From positions 10,216,379 to 10,280,378 of the forward strand of contig OZ316894.1 in the NCBI GenBank assembly GCA_973895155.1: 64,000 bases of DNA. The letters are read 5' to 3'. A program made the position numbers and the translations under genes. Each line of letters opens with the position of its first letter. The first letter of the stretch is position 1. The notes below the pieces were generated by a model, which had not been told where the DNA came from, did no database searches, and saw only the letters and a list, made by a program, of their open reading frames with translations. Of this stretch, positions 13,925 through 25,745 are shown piece by piece. This stretch comes from Marsupella aquatica (Eukaryota > Plantae > Marchantiophyta).

Positions 13925-14248
13925 TCTTACTAATATAATAAAGCGCAATACAAAGCAACTTTCGATGGCTAGTGTCTAGAGTGAAGCCTACTAACCCTAA
14001 CTATCAATAAGACAAAACTGAAAAGTGAAGGTGGACCCAAAAAAAGCAATGGGAGTGAAGATTAACGAAACTGACATGGACTCTAGATTATGACAAAACA
14101 ACTAAGAGTGACTTTCAATAAAGACAAAATGAAAGAGGGTGAAAATAGAGAGATGGAGGCAAAGATGAACAAGGACATATTTGTGTTACAACATTTTTTT
14201 GGGTTTTCATCTCTATATATACTTTCAAAGAATGTGTAATCAGGCTAG
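13925..14248 (+). mobile_element. Possible short non-autonomous Helitron
   Basis: A|TCTTACTAATATAATAAAG resembles typical Helitron 5' termini; CTAG|T at 14245-14249, but no clear subterminal hairpin. Confidence 0.35.
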
Positions 14249-17162
14249 TTCGAGCATCTTCTCGTTAATTTAACGGTGCAACTAAAGTGACACGGGGCCC
14301 ACCACCCAGAAAGGAAAATCGCAAGTTGAGGGCGGAGCATCGTCAGATATTTATTTTCCCCTGCATGCACCACTTTACCTTTTTTTCGTATCCCGCTTTT
14401 CGCACTGGACTGCTACTACTGTACACTACTACTACCACTGTACAGTGCTGGATTCCTCGGCCGCCGACCTCATCCTCCCTCTCTCTCTCTTTCTCTCTCG
14501 CACTCCATCGCTCCATCACCTCGGTCACAGGCTCTTCGTCGCTCTTCTCGAGACTTCGAATCGTAGTCCTTGGTAGCTCGCAATCCAATAGTAATGTAAT
14601 GCCCGCCATGCTCTCGTCAACCCTGGTCGATGCGTACCAACCTCATCCTCTCCTGTGCCCGACTCGTACCTTATCGGCAATCTCTTCTCTCAGTCTGTCA
14701 ACTTTTCGAGTTCTGTGGAAATTTTTAACTGTGTGGAAGTAGAGTGGACATTGCGTTGCTCTGTCTTGTGTTCTTCGACACTTTGATTGGGTGATGCGTT
14801 CTGCTATATCCTGATTCTCTTCTAGCCGCGCCCGCGCCCGCTAAGTGGATCTTCTCACTGTCGATCGACTTCCCGACTTCAGTGTGAAAATCCTCGTGAC
14901 TTTGGGACTTCGCGTTTGCTGCCAAAGGGCTTCGATGCTCGTCGGCTTTGTCGATTTTGAGTTGCAGCCTTGGTTGCGTGCATGACTGCTCCTGGTGTAG
15001 CTAGTTGATGCCCGAGCTCTACGAGCATCGCTGCTGTGGTCTCCAAGGATTGTTGGAAAGGGGAGGATTCGGGCTCGTGGCCTTCGAGTGAAAGGAGCAG
15101 TGTGAAATTGTCTCTGTCGATTTTGTGTTACTGCGTCGGTTGCGTGCGAGCTAGTCAGCCGGTGAGCGTGTCTTACGAGCACGGTGTTCTGGTCTTCAAG
15201 CGTTGGAAGGAAGGGGAGGTTCTCGGTGGGGATCGATTGGAAAGAGCTTGCTCAAATGTTTTTAAGAGTCCCGTGAAGAGGAGGAGATTGGTCTGCGATA
15301 TTCGGCTTCGTTGCTTTCCAAGGGTGTCAACTCACTGTGGCGTCGGCCGGACCGCGGAAGTTTTGTAGAAGAGGAGACGCTTTGTGTTGTCTCAGAGCCT
15401 GCGCTTTGTGAAATGTTGGCGTGAGTTTTTATTGATAATTGCGGCATTGTTCAGTGTGTTCACTTTGTTGGTCAAAGGTGGATACTGCTTCCTCTCTACC
15501 ACACGAAGCGGGCTGCATTTTTATGAGTGAGGGAGTGAGAGAGGGACCGGAATTCTCGGGACGCTCTAGACGAAGGTTGAGTAATCGGAACGGTCCTGCC
15601 GGGGTTTAGACTTGAGTGCAAGTCTTTCGGGGTTTGTTCTGTACTGTACGTAGCGTTTTGTGACGGATCACGGCTTGCTTGCTTGCTGTCAGCTGGGCTC
15701 AACGCGGTTTGACTGACGGACTGCTGGCATTTGGTTCATCTGGGAAGTCACTGGCCGGTTGGCGGATGATCGGGACGATCGTCTGCAACGGGCTGCAGTA
15801 ATCTGGGGACTCTTGACCTTGTGGAGTTAAATTCTTCGCACATTTGCCGCGGAGACTCGAAAAGGAATTGGTCTCTCGACGATGAACATCTACTTGGACG
15901 GTGAATTTTGGGACCAATCGTTATCAGCATTAAGATTGGTTATGCATACTGTGACTTCAACGACACGGGGCATCGATTGTTGAGATTGAGGGGTGCATCG
16001 GGAGCCGGCTGAGAGGAAGTGGATAGCGAATTCTAAGGGGGTTACATCAACTTGGATAGCGAATTCTCGGAGTATTGATTGTCAACAGTGGGGTTGATTA
16101 CACTTTCATTAATTGGCTATACATTCCACGAGAGGGCTGTTAATGCTTTAGAGTACAGGTGCAGGTTTCAGCCCTCTCATCTGGGCGAGGCCTAAACTTT
16201 CACATCATTCATCGCCCGGCGAGGGCTCAGCTGGCTGCTCTTTTTCAGAATTTTCAGTTAAACGAAGCTGTTCCGAACGTTTGGAAGAAGGGGTTTTCTC
16301 CGGTAGGAACTCTGAACATAAAGACACTCAGGAAGAGTACTTGGCCCATTCATCAACATAAATTCAGATTGAAATAGTTTGGAGCCGAGTGCCTCTCGCA
16401 AATCTCTGGCGAATATAATATCAGGAAACAGTGTTGTGCAGCGAAGGGGAATTTCGACTTTGCTTTCGGTGATTTGTTCACCTGACAGGGCATCACATTG
16501 TATTAGGATTTGAGGATGCCGCAAGCCAAGCAGCCGTTACCCGAAGCTCAACCGGACAAAGTGAGTTCGCAAACTTATCCTTTTTCTCTACGCATCACGT
16601 GTTGCAGTGATACGTGAGATGCTTACGCGGGGGTCAAATCACGTTGAGTACCAGGATGAACTGTCCCTCATCTCATTCTGGTGCCTACTAGGAATGCACG
16701 TTGTGTTGCCACTCGTGGGAGAAGTAACGCTGCTGCCCACAAAATGAAAGCGCCCAAATTGTAGCAAGGGGAAGGGAGGAGAAATGCCCGGAAAATATGC
16801 AGCCAGAAAAACCTCGAGCTCGAAAAGAATTCGTTCATTCAGTCCGTCAGTCGTAATGCATGGGGTGGGCTTTAGTGTCCATTTTCTTGTGTTCGGGATT
16901 CTGGTTTCTCCAATGTGTGAAGATGCAGCTAAGTGCTGTATGATTAGTTTTTGGTTCTCATGAGCTGCTGTGATGATCTTATGATGATCTTGCGATCATC
17001 ATTTTAACCGCGATCATCATTTTAACCATAGTGCAATTGTGCAAGCTGGGTTTGACTTTGTCAGCGTATGGTAACGTCTGGAGCCATCTGTTCTCCCATC
17101 TTACCATGGTGCATTGTTTGATTGTTTCAGGTTCTCGCAAGGTTACGTAGGTAAAGACAATC

Positions 17163-19268
17163 ATGCCGCACTTCGCTTTACATGATGCGGTGCTCCACAA
17201 CTTAGGAATCTGCAATCACAGATGTCTCTATCCACGGGCAATAGCTGAAGACATCATAGTGCCGGCGTTCACTGGTGATGTAAGTCGCCGGTTCGCTCAT
17301 TATTGGCTCAAAATATATTGTCGATGGGCTATACAAGAAGGATTATCTCAAGATCAAACCCTTCTCATTGCTGTGGAGCATATGTTCAACGATGCTTTTG
17401 GTTGGGGAGGCCAGTTTCTCAAGGGTGCAACTTGGGAAGACTTTATGCGGGCATTTTGTCAGCAATATGTGACTGCTAACAAAGTGGCCATTTCAAAAGG
17501 TGAGTGAGCACCAGAAGGTTAGACGTAAGCCTGAAAGAAGTCCACAGAAATTGATCATCTCCAGATTATTGTCTTTGTTGTTGTGCTACCTGAGCTAAGG
17601 GTAACAGCGCTGAAGATATTCTTCGAGTTCGGTCACGTGTTTTTATTCATGTTTAAACGAGAATACCATAGGCATCTTCCCGAAGGGGTGTCTACCTAAC
17701 CGGTTGGTGCCATAGAACTTGCTAACTTGATGAATCGGTGTCAGCGGGACGGAATGGCAAAGCTTTTGACAAGGAGACTGGGGTATCTAGTCAGAAAATT
17801 TGCTACTTCGTTATTCTCTCTCTCTTTCACTTCACGGAACCAAATGTAATAAGGGATGGAGTCACAGGACAAATTGAGAGAAGATCTGATTTCTATCATA
17901 GGTGATTGATAGAAGACCTGTTATTTGATCTGAGTTCAAGCTCCATAGGACACCGTACTCTAGATAAGGCAGTGGATAGTTTTTAGAGCCCATCAGCAGA
18001 CATTCCTGAGGTTTGGGCATCCTTTGATTTCCATTCCACCACCCTGGACGCACATTAACAAAGACGCCTAAACTCGAAGTTTAATTCGAGTTCTCAGAGT
18101 AAGTAGTAAGGCTTGGAGAATGCTTCAAAAATATTAATGAGTTTATGCTCTGCCATAGCAGTGCTTTAGTACGGAAGACGACGGTTTTGTAGTGCAGCTT
18201 TTGTTTTCAGTATATGGACTTGACTTGAAAATTTGAAAGAGGATTGTCTCGCTAGTCTTTCGATCTTAATGTTATCAGTAGTTGAAAACATGCCTACTCT
18301 GACTTTTACCTGCGAATTGAATTTGTGCAGTTGTCGAGTGGTATCAGAAGTTGAAAGGAAGAAGAGTTGTGGAAGTTATTCGATTCTCATATAGGGAGCT
18401 GCAAAATGCTACTAGTTATTTCTCCCAAAGCAATTTCATTGGAGAGGGAGGATTTGGAATTGTTTATCAAGGTCGCATCTCCGAGAACCGACTTGTGGCT
18501 GTGAAGAAGTTGAAGCATGTAAGCAAGGAGGGATTGCATCAGGCGCATAATGAAGTGGACGTCCTTTCACAATTCAGGCACCCAAATTTGGTGAAACTAC
18601 TCGGTTCGTGTCTCGAACCAAGGGATCCGCTTTTGGTGTTCGAGTTCGTTCCCAATGGAAATCTAATGCAACATCTACATGGAGAGTTGGGTAAGAGGTT
18701 AAGTTGGGAAACAAGGTTGGCAATAGCACTCGGTACGGCAGATGCAGTCACCCATCTTCATCATTGTGGCGACTCACCTGTTTACCACAGGGACGTCAAG
18801 TCGAACAATATACTTTTAGACAAGCAGTTAAATGCTAAGGTAGCTGATTTTGGTCTTTCTAGATTTGTGCTCCCTGACATTACTCACTTGACAACAAATC
18901 CACAGGGAACACCAGGTTATATCGATCCCTGCTATTTGCAGACATATCATCTTACAGGGAAGAGTGATGTATACAGCTTTGGTGTTGTTCTCTTAGAACT
19001 CGTGTCAGGCTTGAAAGTTGTAGACAAAACTAGGGGTAAAGGAGAGATAACTCTCGCATCATTAGCGTTAGCCAGAATCAAGAGCGGGCAACTAGAAGAA
19101 ATTGTGGATCCATATTTAAAGAACGAGGAATTGTCATGCATGGACATGGTGAAGGAAGTAGCCATGCTAGCAGTCAGATGCCTGTCCCTGGACGTTGAAC
19201 TCAGACCCACAATTAAGGAAGTTGGGGAGGAGTTGCAAGGCATCCAAGATAGTTGGATATTTGTCTGA
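17163..19268 (+). CDS. Cytoplasmic RLK/Pelle (WAKL/LRK10L-like) Ser/Thr kinase with N-terminal retrotransposon Gag-capsid-like domain
   Basis: Exon 1 17163-17499 (donor G|GTGAGT, phase 1) joins exon 2 18331-19268 (TTTGTGCAG|) in frame (...AISKVVEWYQKLKG...). Kinase: FSYRELQNAT, GEGGFG, VAVKKL, HRDVKSNN, DFG, GTPGYIDP, KSDVYSFG. No signal peptide or TM helix. Exon 1 carries a P.F.G...WL...A..W...TW..F...F...Y pattern. Confidence 0.85.
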
Positions 19269-20039
19269 GTAACACTTATTTCGCCTGTGACTTGCTGTAG
19301 GAGAGAGTTGGCCCTGAAAACGGTGCCTAGCATTACTGTAACGGCTAATTAAGCATTCTGAGTCTCTGACTGCGTGAGCGGCAGTCGTTAGGCTGAAGAG
19401 TCGGGGGACTCTCATTGATTCTTACTCTAGAATCTGACAGCAAGTCTATGTAACATTCTCACGTTATCATTACACGTCACTCTCCCTTGTGAGTCAAATT
19501 TGCTTGACCGCGGTTTAGGGGTTGAGTGCACTCATTGTGTGTATACTACCTTTCACAAGTTGAATAACGCTAACGATTTTCTCGTAGGCTGAATGCTGTC
19601 TTTTTTTTAATGCGAATTAAAATTTATTTCCATAGCAAAATATAGAATATCTGGAGCTTTTTACGAAGCTAGCAGTTTGCATCTGGTTAAGAACAAACTT
19701 GGTGGCTTCTTTGCAATGGATGAAAACAACGAAATATACTGCATCCGCTGGAAAATGAGTGCAGCTGCCTACGGTTCACAAGGGCTTGCAGTGGATGCAA
19801 CAGAAACTTTTGGGATGTTACTTGTAAGTTTTCTTTTCAATAATATCTTGGGCTTACAGAAGACTCAGCAGAGACTTTTGGGATGTCACTCATAGGTGTT
19901 TTTTTAACAAACTATTTCAAACTATTGTGCTAGGATAGTTGAAATAGTTTGAAATAGTTTGTATCAAGAAAAAAGAAATAGTGTAGCCAAAGATATTGTG
20001 AAATAAAAAGATTATGTAAAAAAAATAATTCTTGTCCCC

Positions 20040-20300
20040 AAGGATGTCCTTATGTGAAAGATGTAGTGAAGTAAAAACAAATTGTGTTGTCAAAAATGTT
20101 ACATAAAAGATGTCCTTGTGGAAAAGATAACATTGCCCCAAACACATGATTGCATGTTGTCAAAAATGTTATGTAAAAGATGTCCTTGTGTAAAATTATC
20201 ATTGCCCAAAAGACGTGATTGTGCAAAGATGTCGTTAAGAATTTACTTTGTGCAAACAATGTAGATGCATAAAGGAATACATTCTGCAAAAGATGTCATT
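20040..20300. repeat. Degenerate AAAAGATGTC-containing tandem repeat (host of the Harbinger insertion; related tracts at ~26460-26560 and, reversed, ~43670-43790)
   Basis: Repeated aaaagatgtc(c)ttgtg motifs; similar sequence resumes at 24861 after the right TIR. Confidence 0.55.
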
Positions 20301-20596
20301 GTAAATGCTTTCTTGTGTTGTCATTAGAGATATCCGTAAAGTCCAAAAAAAGGCAGTCGAGTTAAGTTAACCGCGATATTTGTGGGTGAGTTAGCTTAAC
20401 CCTCATCTGCGGTTAACAGTGCCCGATGAGCAAAATACGACACGGGGTGAAAAGTTTCCAACACTCGTTTTCAATGGGAAAAAACATTTCGCCCCGTATG
20501 TGACATTTCAATCGTTGTCCAAGAACTTCGGGGAGGAGCCCACGTCGAGGGCAGGGATCGCAAGGAGAGTAACGATGATCAAAGGGAATTAAAGCT

Positions 20597-22582
20597 ATGG
20601 CGGCCGAAGGCAAGCAATTGAGGTCTAGGTCAGTTCCTCCCGCCATGGATCCTGCCGATGAGAAAAATGGAGTGAAGAGGGGAGAATCGTCAATACGTAG
20701 GGCCGCTCGACTATTGACAGCAGCTGTTCTAGCAGAGCAGCAGCCCGACGGAGGAGCTACAAACCTGGATGAAGCGCCATCAACCACAACAGATCATGAG
20801 GTTGAAGGTCGTTGGCAGTTGCTCCCTTCAGAGCCAGTGGTAGGGGAGGCAGTGGTTCCCACGATAGCCAAACCAAAATTTTCCTGTGAGTCTAAAATGT
20901 TCCCTGTGTATACGTATACTCTCGCTTTCATTGATCTTGTAGTCATCAAGTTAACCACAATCATGCACAATTGTTTTTTGATCTTGTAGTCATCAATTGC
21001 TTCAATCATGCAAATCATACTTTGATCTTGTAGTCATCAACTTCTTGTTGCACAATCTTTCTTCGGCTGCTTGGAACAAACTTTCTTTGTACATATCTCT
21101 GCTGCTAGGGTGATTTCAGTCCTTGGTGATCTCATGAAAATTTTCCATCGATTTGGTACTGCTCGGCTAGATTTTAATCCTTTGTTGCCTACCTACTGTC
21201 AACGTACGTCATCGCTGCATTGTGAATTTGATTTACTAAAGCCATCAAAACATCATTCAAAAATCTATTGATTCCATACTCTGTTCCTCATGACTCAATT
21301 CGAATCCTCTACTGCCTACGTGCTACCTTTAATTTGTACTCACTTTTTTGAATTCTGAATTGGATTGAATGGCATGGTGTAGTTTCAAATTACTTGGACA
21401 GAATTAACGGCAACCGCATCAGGACAGGGATACCTGATCTCCCAGCTGTCACCAAAGTGCACCAGATTAGTGGGAGCTCGACTACCCAAGGATCTTCAGA
21501 CTCACCTGGTACAATCGAAGGTGCTACCGAGGAGAATAATTCCAATCCATCTTGGATGTCCCTGAAGAAAGAAGCAGAGGCAGCCCAATCTGAGGAGTCC
21601 TACGATTTGGAGGTCACCAGCATGGAGCACACTGCAGGAATTCAGGGAACTGCTGATGTGGCTAGTGGGAAGGACAAGCAGTGCCGACAGAAAAGTTCCA
21701 AGGATCCAAGTAGCAGGACGAAGCAAAATGCTACGAAGGGGAAAGAGACAATTTCTGTAGTGGACGTAGACAAGGTAGGGCGACAGGTAGTTGAAGGGGA
21801 GCATGTTGTGAAACTTGTCACAAACTACTGGAAGTACTTCAACATTTTCAGCAAGGGGCGGAAGAAACAGATCTCACAACTCATCCCAAACAAGGTCTGG
21901 ATCCAAGTTTATGCTGATTTTCAGAAGGAGTTCCCAGGTTCCCCATTCATGCAAGACAGCTTGAAGGACCACTTGCGGAAAAGCTTGACTGAGATGAAGT
22001 CAGGGGTTAACAATCCTGAGAATGGCCTTCGAGCTACACCTCAAGATGAGGAACTAATGATGAAGCTCATGGAAACACCATCTTGGAAGGCTCGAAATGT
22101 ACTTAAAGTGCGGGACAGTGCATCTAATGGACAAATTCATCCCATGGACTTTACTGCTCCACTTCCTTCTGTCTCTGGGGCTCAACAATCACCTCTAGCA
22201 CCACATGAGGTAGATGGATCAGCTGCATTTTCTGGAGTTGCAGCATGCCCCTCTGGGCCCAAATCACCTCCTAGGCAAGCTGAGAGGCCTCCATCTAAAT
22301 CCCAGAATTTGAAGCGTGCAGGGGATGATATTTCATCCATGTTATCAGAGTTTCGAACCATCACTGAGCGATCCAATGCTGACAGCGAAAGTAAGAAACA
22401 GTGCTCAGTTTATGAGGGCTGCAATGCTGAGCACAAAGCAAATGGAGTCTGAGGCAAGGCGAATAGGGCAGGAAAAGCAAAACCAACTGGCTGAAATAGC
22501 ATTGCTAAAGGAGCAGAGGAGCATTGGATTGATTAGTGAAGATGAATTTCGAGACAAATGTAAATTAGTTTTCGGTCTTTAG
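20597..22582 (+). pseudogene. Harbinger ORF1 (putative Myb/SANT-like DNA-binding partner), with one frameshift near 22395
   Basis: Exon 1 20597-20885 (T|GTGAGT) joins exon 2 from 21383 (GTGTAG|) in phase; helical segment YWKYF...VWIQVYADF...SLKDHLRK. Removing one A in aagaaac (~22393-22399) continues into NSAQFMRAAM...GLISEDEFRDKCKLVFGL*. Confidence 0.7.
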
Positions 22583-23092
22583 AGCTTTAAATTGCCTTCA
22601 GTGGATCCTTGTAGTGCCCAGTTTTGTATTCTTAGAGGTCAATAGCTACAAGTGAGCTGAAAGCAGATTACACTGCAAACAATTTTGTAATTGCTGCATG
22701 CAAACTGAATGTACGATCTGTTAAGAGGATTTTGTAAATGGTACAATCTGAACATGTATAGATTGTGATCTCCCAATTTGTCTAACTCATGTCTGAAATT
22801 TGACTCAAGCACAAACCATAACAAATTGGACTCAAGCATAGACTGAAGCAAATTCAACTTGAGCACAAACTGAGACAAGGTAGGACTCACCCCAGATGTG
22901 GATGCACATGACTCTGAAGTAATAACAAGCATTCGAGAAGCTTTTTATTGTAGTTCAAAACAATACTCAACAACTGAGTTTATAGAGGATCGATAGCTAT
23001 ATCTCTGTCCTACTACTGTCCAAATCTATCTGAAATCTGGTCTGAATCTGGCTATAGTTGCATCTAGGTGTAGACATCTACATCTACACTTA

Positions 23093-24304
23093 TCAAATAG
23101 CAAATCCCTGTGGGTCTCCTGCCCAGCCTCGTCTCTCAGGTCTCCTTTCGTGTGGGCCTTCAACGGTTGCTCGCATATTCCGTCGTCGTCTGTGGAGAAA
23201 ATTAGTCATCAAAGCAGCAGCTTGGAAGGTAATCACAAACTTGGGCCTGACTAGGTCAAACCGTTTTTGCAGACGTCGCCACTTCATCTTCAGGCCACCA
23301 ATGCCCCATTCTACACGAACTCTGTACCCAGACAACATCTTATTGAATTGCCTCACAGCACAATTATTGTCCAAGCGCATGGCATTAATTTCTGTTTTTG
23401 AAAATCCTCTCATGATGTATCTTTCCAGACTGGTGTACCCTTGGTCACCAAGGATGTATTCAAAATACCGTTCAGAATTAGCAAACAGATTCCTCCAATT
23501 TCGCTCAACCCAAGAATTCTTAAGAATCGTTACATCATGGTAACTGCCTGGATAACCAGGATCAACAAAAATAAAAAGTCCATGGTGATCTACAATTACA
23601 GAACTATTCATGCAGTACATCTTTTTCCTTCCTTGATACCACTTGCTGTGGTATTGATCCTCATAAGGTCTACGAATTCTGCAAAGGGTACCATCAACAA
23701 TTCCAATACATCCTGGCAATTGTGGATGATGCTGAGCTAACTGTCTCCTTTCCTCTGGGGTTGGCCAGCGAATTTCATTTGCAATAGCATCATTCAAGCA
23801 TGATGCTATGAATATAGCATCGTCGCACACAGCAGATCTAGCCCAGTTCCAGAACATAGAGTCAAAGTGAATTATATTGTCATGTTTCATATATAAGATA
23901 AAATTCAGCAACCTTTGCTCAGGAGTCAACTTACAAGGGCGACCCTTTACAATAGCTCTTTGCCCGGTTGATCTAGCATTGGCCTCAATGATAGGACATA
24001 CCTTTGCACAGAGCTCTACAAATTCATCTATCATGAAATTAGTCAAGTCCTTGAAGCGATCTGGAGTTGCTTGCAGTCTACTCAACACATCGTGAACTCC
24101 CACAGCTGGATTGACAGAAATCTGATTTTCTTTGGAGAGCTCAATTGGTTGAAACGAATGCAACATTTGAAGATATGACGACATGGAGAGTACCAGAAGT
24201 ACCATGAGTTGTTCAATGCTCGACCCATCTGCTTCCTCATCATCACTGCTACTGTCATCGTCGCTGTCATATCCCTCTGGTGGAAGAACTTGAAATGGCT
24301 CCAT
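23093..24304 (-). CDS. Harbinger/HARBI1-like DDE transposase (DDE_Tnp_4), intact 403 aa
   Basis: GIVDGTLCRI (D1), YQGRKK, PGSYHD, YILGDQGY (D2), FNKMLSGYRVRVEWGIGGLKMKW (E) motifs; uninterrupted ORF. Confidence 0.92.
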   Translation of the reverse strand: MEPFQVLPPEGYDSDDDSSSDDEEADGSSIEQLMVLLVLSMSSYLQMLHSFQPIELSKENQISVNPAVGVHDVLSRLQATPDRFKDLTNFMIDEFVELCAKVCPIIEANARSTGQRAIVKGRPCKLTPEQRLLNFILYMKHDNIIHFDSMFWNWARSAVCDDAIFIASCLNDAIANEIRWPTPEERRQLAQHHPQLPGCIGIVDGTLCRIRRPYEDQYHSKWYQGRKKMYCMNSSVIVDHHGLFIFVDPGYPGSYHDVTILKNSWVERNWRNLFANSERYFEYILGDQGYTSLERYIMRGFSKTEINAMRLDNNCAVRQFNKMLSGYRVRVEWGIGGLKMKWRRLQKRFDLVRPKFVITFQAAALMTNFLHRRRRNMRATVEGPHERRPERRGWAGDPQGFAI

Positions 24305-24883
24305 TGTTGCACAATATGTGTAAAGATCGAGTCAGGCTGCAAATCCCTAATGTTTGGCTTCACGATGCTCCTCGATCACCAGATCAATTGAACCAGCTCC
24401 TCTCTGGTTAGTTATCTTGCTACGCAGGGATCATGCCAATCGATCCAAGAGTAGCGCAACCGTCGTCCCGCAACATAGAGCAAGTGCTTAAGGGGGAAGT
24501 TGATCCTGCATCGCTATGCTCCCCTCGGTCCTAGACCCCGCGTCGACTATGCGCCCCACTCCCACCGACCCTGCACCGGATGTGCTCCCCTCTCGCTCCA
24601 ACGTTGTAGCGAACATCAACGTCCATCCCCGATGTTTTGAGCAGTTCCAAGCTAGGACCCAATGCAGATGCTAACCCCCGATGTTTTAGTGCCTCTTAAC
24701 CATGGCCGAGATGTGCCGCGACAAGCCCGAAATATCAGTGTTTCCACGTAAACTCGTCCGCCTTTCAAAAGGGATGTGACTTTATGAATATCGAAGTCTC
24801 ATCTCGGATTAATGTTAACTCTAGTTGAAAAGATATGGGACTTTACGGATATCTCTAATAGTGTAAAAGATATTGTAAATACT

Positions 24884-25745
24884 TTATTACGGACCCCCAT
24901 GAGAGGTCTCTTGCAAATTCCCTGCCACGAGGTTGCGCCACATCACCACAACCAGCCACAAACAGGAATGATCCTACTTTTAACAATAACAAATGTGCAC
25001 ATTCCTGTTTGTGGCAAAAGCAATGTAATTTTGGGGGCACCATGCCGTAAATATTGAACGTAAAAAAAACCAAAATACAAAGGGAGATATGTCATTTAGT
25101 AAAATAAAGTTACCATTTTGATGTTTGTCAAAGATATATCAATGTTTTATATCAAAATGCTTGTATTTTTTAATTGTTTGCAAACTTGAAAAAAGTAACA
25201 AACCAATAGAAATGTACATAATTAAAACCCATTTGGCTTCACATTATAAAACTAAATAATCAATCTCCTTAGTACTTGATAAAATTTGTTAATGTTTGAT
25301 TCATTGGAAAACTCAAGATCAAGATTTAGAAACTTGTGACCTCTTTAGTATTGTCTTGATAAAATCTCTCAATGTCACACTCATTGGAAAGTTAAAGTAA
25401 AATTAAAAACTCATCATCTCCTTAGTACTTGACAAAAATCTATCAATGTTAGGTTCATTGGAAAGCTAGAGAAATTCAGATACTCATGATCTCTCTAATT
25501 CTTGACTAATAATCTCAATGTCACACATTAGAAAGCTAGAGAGATTGAAAACCTCATGATCTCTTTAGTATCGTGACAAAATCTGACATAAAATTTGTCA
25601 ATGTCGGACTCAATGTTGGAAAGTTAAAAGAATTCATGGACTCATGATCAATATTTCTTTTACTCACACTCATCGGAAAGGCAAAGAAATTCAAAAACTC
25701 ATTTGGAACTTGACAAAATTTGTCAATCTGAGGCTCATTGGAAAC
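24884..25745 (+). mobile_element. Left end of the recurring TIR family followed by a ~60-bp tandem array
   Basis: Starts ttattacggacccccat; ~200 bp match the reverse complement of 41600-41801; 25260-25745 holds repeated (ctc)ttagtacttga.aaaat...tcaatgt...ttcattggaaa units. Confidence 0.6.

Larger units (their letters stand above)
20325..24857. mobile_element. Complete PIF/Harbinger-type (PHIS) DNA transposon with two convergent ORFs
   Basis: Perfect 22-bp inverted match ATTAGAGATATCCGTAAAGTCC (20323-20344) / GGACTTTACGGATATCTCTAAT (24838-24859) encloses a DDE_Tnp_4-type transposase and a second ORF. Confidence 0.9.

Noticed and set aside
22391-22401. gtaagaaacag as a micro-intron explaining the ORF1 frameshift
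   Set aside because: 11 nt is too short for a spliceosomal intron, and removing it gives the wrong phase.
25260-25745. Regularly spaced ~60-bp repeats resembling a CRISPR array
   Set aside because: Whole units are degenerate tandem copies with no unique spacers; eukaryotic context and no cas genes.
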